This document shows, in pieces, positions 59,901 to 64,000 of a stretch of 64,000 bases of DNA. How positions within the stretch are numbered: position 1 is the first letter of the stretch; each line of letters opens with the position of its first letter. Position numbers and translations under genes: made by a program. This DNA comes from an uncultured virus (IMG/VR IMGVR_UViG_3300030390_001081). Taxonomy: Duplodnaviria > Heunggongvirae > Uroviricota > Caudoviricetes. The notes below the pieces were generated by a model. That model had not been told where the DNA came from, ran no database searches, and saw only the letters and a list, made by a program, of their open reading frames with translations. The DNA is taken from IMG/VR virus record IMGVR_UViG_3300030390_001081, positions 1 through 64,000 of that record. One strand, 5' to 3'.

Positions 59901-62870
59901 CAAGAACTAAATAACCTTATACTTGATAACAAGCGTACAGTTACTAATGAAGAAGCTAAAAGTATTGCACTAAACTTTTTAAAAGATTATTCTTTTAATG
60001 CTCCTTCTGTTACTATGAGAGAAAGCGATATATCAGAAGATGGAACAGTATATGTTATAGCTGGTTTCCCACCGCCTGTTGTAGATAAATTACAAAAAGA
60101 AAATACACAACACGTTGTAAAGTCTTGGGATAACACAGATAAAAAATACAGAACTTTTGAATATGTAGATGGTAAGTATTATTTAATTGGTGAGTCTAAG
60201 TTTAATCCTAAAACACAAGAACAGCATAATAGAAATAATAAAACTAAAACATTTAAACAAGTTACTAGAAAAGCAGTTGATAGAACTTTCTTTGCTAAAA
60301 GATCTAATAAAGGTAAATACAAAGGTGCTAACGATGTATCTGACACTATAACTAATAGAGCTGAACAATCTGGTATACCTACTAAAGCATTATCTAAAGA
60401 TGCTTACTTTCAAATTAAAGGTTTGTCTTCTCGTAACAGAACTATTTCTGCTGGTACTGAACAGTATTATAATAAAATGTATGAGAACTATGTAGATCAA
60501 CATCAAGATTTATATGATACATTGTATTTACCAAATATTAAAACTAACAAATACAAAGAAATGTCTGAAGGTGAATTAGTTAGCATTTCTGTTGACCTAA
60601 TTAATTTTGATAAAGTATTATATAATCAATATATAGAATACATTGGCGTAGAGCTTACTGAAAGAATGGAGAAAGAGCAGATAGCAAACATTGCTAAAGT
60701 AGCTAACAAAAATAATATATCTCTTGTAGGTAAAGATTTGGGCGCTTGGGAATCTTGGCTTATATCTAATAATTTAAAACAAACTAATCCTGAAGTACAG
60801 AACATTATAAGAAAACTTCAAAATGATTACATGAAGTTTGTAAAAGATTATAGACGTGAAGCTATGATAATATCTAAATTAGAAAAACAGATTAAAGATA
60901 ATAGACTATCTAATCTTACTAACTCACAAATGGTTGGACTGTTTCTAAAAGGAAAGCTTAATGATTATATATATAAAAATTTATATAAAACAAAAGTAAA
61001 CGCAGATGGTAGAGAGTTTATTGTACTTAGATCTGAAGAAGAAATAAAAGGTTTACCTCAATATGAAATTGAGTTTTATTTTAAGTTTAAAGATATGGTG
61101 CAAAAATATAGTCCTGGTATTGATGAATCATCTATACCTTACAAGTCTATGTCTGGTATACCTTCATTGGCTAGACACGGTTTATTAGGATTATACAAAT
61201 CACAAATAGGTAGTACTTCTGATTTAAATAATATAAAAGTATTAGGAGAGTTGCCAGATGGAACTACAGAGATAAGAACATTTGCTGAGTTTAAAACATT
61301 GTATGAAGCTAAAACAAAAGATTCTTTATTGAATAAAGCTAAAAATATTGTAAGATTAGAAAAAGTTCGTAAGCGTGCTGTAGCAGCATCTAAAAGAGGA
61401 ATGAATGATGATAAGACTCCTATAATTTTAAATAAAGCAGAGAGAGCTACAATGACTGATAGCGATATATTCTACAATATGATTGACAATAAAAATGTTA
61501 GTGTGTCTGAACTTGGTTCTAAAGACCTGGGCGATATACTTAAATCATATGTTCATAGTAATATGTTTAAACATGGATCACAAAGATTTAGACAAGATTA
61601 TTTAAATACAGTTAATGTTATTACAGATAAAAATGGTAAAAAGTATTTTGAAGAAACTTATCAACAATGGGCAGTTAGAAACGAGAAAGATGATTTCTTA
61701 GGGATGCAGTCTTACTTACCATTAATTGATGGAGCTATAGCACTAAACAAGCTTAAGGGTAATGACAACATGGTTGATTACTTACAGGAAGTTTGGAAAG
61801 ATAATATTATAGGTGGTAAAAAACAAAAAGCATTTAAAGGTCCATTTGATTGGGCTGTAAATAAATTAGTAGATTTAACTACACTATCATATATTGGTTT
61901 AGATTCTTCTGTTGTTATTGGTAATGCTGCCATGGGTAAGTATACATCTTTACGTGCTAAAGGTGGTAAAGAATTTATAAGTGGTGAGAAAAGATTTTGG
62001 CAAGGTTTTCTTGGTGGACAAGAATCTGTAAAAGATAAACTTACTCGTGCTAAAAAGTTAGAGTTTGGTTCTACAAATAAAACCTCAGCTATGTTGAATG
62101 AATTATTTAAGTTTGAATACTATCAGTATGAGGATATATCTGCAGTACACAAACAAAATCCTTTGTTTAGACTTGCTTTATGGCCAATGGAACAATCTGA
62201 AAAATGGATACAAGGTGTAATGTTCTTTGGACAAATGTCACAAAAACAATGGAACTCGTATGATGCTGATGCTGATGGTAATTTATTAGTAAAAGCTGTA
62301 GATGGTAAGTTTTATAAATACAGTGATTTAGAATTAAGTGATGTTAGTGAAGATGCATTAAGTATAGATCGTATTAATCAGATAGTATTTGATGTAAAAA
62401 AACAACAAGGATTTGGTTACTCGCCATTAGATCAACGTAGATTATCTATGTACTCCTGGGGTAGAGCTTTAGGACAATTTAAAAAATATTTCTTTTCATT
62501 AAGTAGAGAAAGATTTGGATCTGAAAATATAGACATGTATGGTAATGCGGACGTAGGTACTTATCGTGCAGCATTTGAATATACTAAAGATATGTATCAA
62601 GGTAAAAAAGATTTTAATGATTTTAAAAAGTTACCTAAATACAAAAAAGATGCAATAATAAGATATGTAAGAGGTGTGGCTGTTACGTTTGCAGCAATGT
62701 TAGCATATGGATTATCATCTGAAGATGATGATAGTATTATATCAAATCAGATTAATAAAACTGCACACGCAAGAATACAAGAACAAAATATTTTCTTTAA
62801 TCCAGAAAGATTAAAATTTATGGCTACACCGCCAGCAGTGAATTTTGTTTCGGATAGATTAGGATATTAA
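50961..62870 (+). CDS. Giant virion polyprotein containing a zincin-like motif and a two-barrel RNA polymerase
   Basis: HEYTGH at 53742-53759; DYVKRSAG, DAQGY, SRIP, and GSDLDGD with DLDGD at 58212-58226; 3969 aa. Confidence 0.8.
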   Translation: MGFDLNEFFQSQVKGARGGYQQAQDDLKQDVDNYDVGGPMDANPGEDFSISQGDISASALQQRTSFRTTGRGSGFQTPEMIIPEDPNVQGAIDQDRFLKQSMTRTEDIARSEVSRLQRSLIAGSGQVVSMVGDIFNFLHAITPDTGETFEPFETVGTFLTKHGDKTMNEYKNTYIPEELETIGVNDMFNPTFWTGDVAQQVPNFLSMLTPGVLGTKLASKGLLKYLPKYTKASRGFLDDTVGVVTRTKGGLGSLTPIINVGIEGADDFILSRSGKALSAFLGGGIGTTMVDGATIAGQTYRQGLQVGLTEEESSVAAANVFGNNFAWAGINGISWGLTFGGVRLAPVRGLVNKMPKNTFGKTVSGILQSRITSGISKAGLEAVEESFQETYQDWVQKRQLAKAQGIPFEYDGDYLYLSSGYAEYYNSPENNRTKYVAGATGILGGGFSSIINDTAKQQLAMDRQREILEQNLDLLNDNSRTSRLAVVDNVVKHSVESRETGELTAYLQQQLDKGIIDQKLFDFYTNVINSYEELYNRIPEYIEETEGFGKEQYFSNLTLVERNKNALKYSEEELQSWKDANKDSEGTKGYNEVLAQKEGELAELANELEQASAKAREINLGIEQEILTENRKFKKGVSVTPEGKLTRGEGKKVGGKFAPESKLDQEQKEDILTKEAEKKQAKEESKESEKTEEQTEGEPSVVKRVVDKAGDIARKTGERLGIVSAKEETPETTPTEETTPEVAAESKTETKQQASEDVSVSKVASKIKTGTLSPENVRTQDKTDVDAAVKSVAQKLDSGVTADKLTENEKTIAIEFAQEVRQARKKKVETKTKSKTKTETSQKSKPKPRDKKGKKSNYKSANQAVTKNLNFRLRNARIANTMFIQDKLGIAVGVIDSSYNHFGTTPAYEVAGAIFVDPNKLYQELFVHEYTGHIYFRANQDSPLIKKFIQEYANSNEYAAMKGRYPELEMFTYNGQELTLSEISQDLHERSFNKDDNFYYAELEADLQALIDIVDEIAANETAGAYEGTGVTKQIEDYAELKRMLQENKLVKELKPQQQMALMEEGWATYISDPDNPNTREDARKIFDGLMENPEENKKRKSRIKRFWNIVSKQGKSIEKEATTTLQSKEGLAGLSLDEIKSRLTSDMLRMTPEEVRQGRATSSRRMNYKPNRSLTDTSVFENELATNVYNELVNNPKLIKEFAERYKDNPSDLLQDEEFINVIVESMTQLSYQYGVHNRFAEAIIYNTKKLSKLNREVIDLQKKIDSATNLDSRREFVKQAKFKRAQLVKAAAKIQPKDIDTTTIQMGDNSMSVRNFAQAIAFKVMNRRGINSAFNKFNAQVSKLSKDATLSKIEETFNNALKKEGLSDLQIEGLASEQLRVVIDEYEKVFGLNYHGLDAITDINELVDYSDNILNIYNKDKDELLSGLSSLMMDFTRVYMQTEEAQSKKKTSRQPYVKQKALGAMAIILQTAQQHRGDLQGFIGSIRSNKNSSVRAFLKYLEDRLQVEGVKYKKPLQLLRTKERSGVMKSLADHLLTSVWINFSNKTNEQIFNTVQRGNDSTQTNDLDLFNEETTASEERALVARVIKEGGFIFNQGKDGARRRRDVAFTQKMIDAIRGLNEDKSTTFQDAESILMEMFDVYGGNYFFWNTLEQTGVVDGKNRISLNDWFKKNEKKIIKASKDPKIAVDVFAPVLQQAALNSRVFYYFTMIKNAEGNPSNTMNSRSFIINQNERLNEFFTRKDNETDQEYNDRVFDRAKALRDIYGDNAYLPFELKTIDGVFTVQPKQNVLKFRGGLISQLNNKGLNYVRLTPQELMVSEMTDFISALGRRRQTDSDGNIVDTTYMQQVGVFAEKTRMYYVETKLLKDTQIKEEIDLRLSEYVGQTYQDGKLILPFIKSKGKKAVIDEVYVNKQVRLLGNHINNNLHLYKDNVDFQNLFDGNKLNAQGKKALRTYILNYGINRFQAQRMFIGDHKQFKNETDYVKRSAGAIARQMPTDINQKVDLLILKDQELDGDSEMDAQGYMLQEDADIVGNQYGLNFMRNDFETARHFKYVYYGQDLREDALVNNVFGPHSAMYAKANVMSITKDMENKNPYLASVAELLRARKKDLTNRKENYQVVAYQESAIKTAPFKLEDYTINLDNTTSSGVNALYEMQIKEQYDNLYSNEEGYVGLDGQNFGVQLILDKEKFTSPMAAQSYSQHLTNTTPETELLAQGAHRAIARAMQYQLEESGVKKYYNVDEYTESKQISLNKSLLDKISSNWAGNPTANLSEYASPFFPKLNVSRNSILNKLIVEVGTKVTTPGTIAFQVTPYGYNLKSFTTLGALKESAADQNERNTIDKLINKYDSNLTVSEVILPYNMQKDYNVGDIILGSRIPSHAKSTQPVLVVKDFFDRDAGSIIAVGTKVSKAMGSDLDGDAIFVNGRYVKKNLKLSETAYNRAFDNIVSLNGHPAHQAEASESIEFEDTAKDALKFSEETLGRKQDSFAEESSQMMPIGMLNAFNENVPAGGMIGIAATMQRDLNYFAHHNAELDFSVRINGVERNKITDDGGLTYLQTAKVLNIILDNPKYQYARKLGFTYETIKTAMLLLRMGYSFNEVATILNSQGALKYGKYASERTVINVNDMSYYTPGQKAMVEYYESENNNKEINSSIEFLSRKQSPSLYVRQNIDPQLKVDKGGVINLDFSDVQSNEFNMQVVKLLDNLNKVGTEVFNAGRIIGAYGLTMQNGFQVDKLISDFNNVGSKDSRFIEGPINKLKADPIIQHNIKVLNKIKELDQEINTQYSTEAVAVQKEINKIVSSDQQNIFESHPIAVRQYQLFRMQQDLSVLQDMPSIDALFAQIEQVKLENDKLPYELQNRFIADGIILNPETKSVSLNSRFVDSNIPESDLFVLQRHFDLLDQNRGIGAFDVAPGTPRIEVERVENEDGYIPKYADFTTDLRKTFIQMDFLQNGWIGSSSTSVLWSPNTHGVDFKINQELNNLILDNKRTVTNEEAKSIALNFLKDYSFNAPSVTMRESDISEDGTVYVIAGFPPPVVDKLQKENTQHVVKSWDNTDKKYRTFEYVDGKYYLIGESKFNPKTQEQHNRNNKTKTFKQVTRKAVDRTFFAKRSNKGKYKGANDVSDTITNRAEQSGIPTKALSKDAYFQIKGLSSRNRTISAGTEQYYNKMYENYVDQHQDLYDTLYLPNIKTNKYKEMSEGELVSISVDLINFDKVLYNQYIEYIGVELTERMEKEQIANIAKVANKNNISLVGKDLGAWESWLISNNLKQTNPEVQNIIRKLQNDYMKFVKDYRREAMIISKLEKQIKDNRLSNLTNSQMVGLFLKGKLNDYIYKNLYKTKVNADGREFIVLRSEEEIKGLPQYEIEFYFKFKDMVQKYSPGIDESSIPYKSMSGIPSLARHGLLGLYKSQIGSTSDLNNIKVLGELPDGTTEIRTFAEFKTLYEAKTKDSLLNKAKNIVRLEKVRKRAVAASKRGMNDDKTPIILNKAERATMTDSDIFYNMIDNKNVSVSELGSKDLGDILKSYVHSNMFKHGSQRFRQDYLNTVNVITDKNGKKYFEETYQQWAVRNEKDDFLGMQSYLPLIDGAIALNKLKGNDNMVDYLQEVWKDNIIGGKKQKAFKGPFDWAVNKLVDLTTLSYIGLDSSVVIGNAAMGKYTSLRAKGGKEFISGEKRFWQGFLGGQESVKDKLTRAKKLEFGSTNKTSAMLNELFKFEYYQYEDISAVHKQNPLFRLALWPMEQSEKWIQGVMFFGQMSQKQWNSYDADADGNLLVKAVDGKFYKYSDLELSDVSEDALSIDRINQIVFDVKKQQGFGYSPLDQRRLSMYSWGRALGQFKKYFFSLSRERFGSENIDMYGNADVGTYRAAFEYTKDMYQGKKDFNDFKKLPKYKKDAIIRYVRGVAVTFAAMLAYGLSSEDDDSIISNQINKTAHARIQEQNIFFNPERLKFMATPPAVNFVSDRLGY

Positions 62871-62874
62871 TTAT

Positions 62875-62882
62875 TATATTTG
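62875..62882 (+). promoter_or_regulatory. Bacteroidota -7 element TATATTTG
   Basis: Intergenic, upstream of 62897. Confidence 0.6.
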
Positions 62883-62896
62883 TAAAAAATAATAAC

Positions 62897-63262
62897 ATGG
62901 CAAATACAAATGACGTAAATGGTGCAGCACTAGGTAAATATGGTGTAGCTTATATGGATACAACCGATTTATTTACACCACCAAATGGTATGGTGATTGT
63001 AGCTATACAGTTTCTTGCACAAAATACTTTAAATACTTTAACGTCTTTTGATACTGATTCTGGTACTAGAAGGTATGCGAATACTGCTAATGCAGCACAT
63101 GCAGCAGAGGATAATTTAGAAGGAAAAAATGGTGCGCAGTTAGACAATACTGCTATATTTCCAGTAGGAACAATTATTTATGGTAGATGGAGTACTGTAA
63201 AATTACAAACTGCAGATTCTAATGGAGGTATATTAATTTATTTATCACCAAAAGGTAGTTAG
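62897..63262 (+). CDS. Small putative virion protein
   Basis: VAIQFL and FPVGTIIYGRW motifs. Confidence 0.6.
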   Translation: MANTNDVNGAALGKYGVAYMDTTDLFTPPNGMVIVAIQFLAQNTLNTLTSFDTDSGTRRYANTANAAHAAEDNLEGKNGAQLDNTAIFPVGTIIYGRWSTVKLQTADSNGGILIYLSPKGS

Positions 63263-63263
63263 A

Positions 63264-63686
63264 ATGTCAATTAAAAAAGATTATACAAATAGTACTATAA
63301 GAAACGATTACAAAAGTAGAGTTAAAAGTCAAACTCTTACTAAAATTGTTGTAGAAAATGAAGAAAAAAGAAGTAGAGCGGAACTATTAGATATGGTTGA
63401 AGAATTATTTGAAGGACAAAAAAAACAATTAGACTTTAGAGATCTACGAGCTATGATTCATATGCTTGTAAAATCTGTAGAAAATAATACAGATGATGAT
63501 ACAGGAGCTACAGCTGGACAAGTAACAGCTATCAACGCTAATACAGCTAAAATAACTCAAGGTTTAAATACAGCAAACTCAAGTATGACATTTGATATAA
63601 TTGAGAGTAGAGGTGCATATAGTATAAGAATTAATGTCGTTTGCGATGACGGCCAAACAAGAACATTTACAACAAGTTTAAGATAA
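63264..63686 (+). CDS. Hypothetical (fibre-like) protein
   Basis: Coiled segment with AINANTAKIT motif. Confidence 0.5.
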   Translation: MSIKKDYTNSTIRNDYKSRVKSQTLTKIVVENEEKRSRAELLDMVEELFEGQKKQLDFRDLRAMIHMLVKSVENNTDDDTGATAGQVTAINANTAKITQGLNTANSSMTFDIIESRGAYSIRINVVCDDGQTRTFTTSLR

Positions 63687-63693
63687 AAAAATT

Positions 63694-64000
63694 ATGGCAA
63701 ATAATACAGATATATATAATGCAACGCTTGGTCAATATGGATCATCGTTTATTACAGGTGACGGTGGAACTGTCGATTTAAATGGTACTTCATCAACAAT
63801 GTTTGTAATAGCAATTACAATGTTAGCTGATACAACATTTCAGAACTTACAAACTTATAAAGGTGAGATAAAATCTATAAGTACAGTTACAGCTGAAAAT
63901 GATCATGATGCAGAATTTGGTGCAGCATCAAATGCTACTGATATTACTACATCACACACTTTTCCAAAAGGTGTAACAATATTTGGAAGATGGGATTTTG
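63694..64000 (+). CDS. Paralog of 62897-63262, 3' truncated
   Basis: MANNTDIYNATLGQYG...IAITML...FPKGVTIFGRW. Confidence 0.65.
   Translation, partial: MANNTDIYNATLGQYGSSFITGDGGTVDLNGTSSTMFVIAITMLADTTFQNLQTYKGEIKSISTVTAENDHDAEFGAASNATDITTSHTFPKGVTIFGRWDF

Noticed and set aside
1..64000. Stop-codon reassignment as in some crAss-like phages
   Set aside because: Long genes are intact in the standard code, TAG and TGA end genes at sensible boundaries, and no suppressor tRNA is seen

Overview
AT-rich dsDNA phage sequence with crAss-like (Crassvirales-related) architecture, probably infecting a Bacteroidota (Flavobacteriia-type) host. The host inference rests on repeated TAnnTTTG promoter elements and a T9SS-type sorting domain. 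There are three blocks. (1) Plus strand, 1-8108: the end of a large protein, a four-gene cell-envelope module (outer-membrane beta-barrel, membrane coiled-coil, Cys-pair-less thioredoxin fold, GCxD-repeat protein with a T9SS CTD), a run of tiny Lys/Arg-rich ORFs, a holin, small virion proteins and a DUF5675-like protein. (2) Minus strand, 8109-24738: early/replication genes (metallophosphoesterase, DnaA domain IV-like, RusA-like, SSB-like, Sak/Rad52, HU-like, DnaB, M28-like peptidase, many small ORFs). I see no DNA polymerase or primase, but several structured intergenic elements, including a tRNA-like mini-element. (3) Plus strand, 24905-64000: lysozyme-like protein, terminase, portal, scaffold, major capsid, ring/tail proteins, muzzle, ejection proteins and a 3969-aa polyprotein with a zincin motif and the DxDGD RNA polymerase catalytic motif. 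The standard genetic code fits, and there are two 10-N gaps. All family assignments come from motif recognition and gene order, not database searches.
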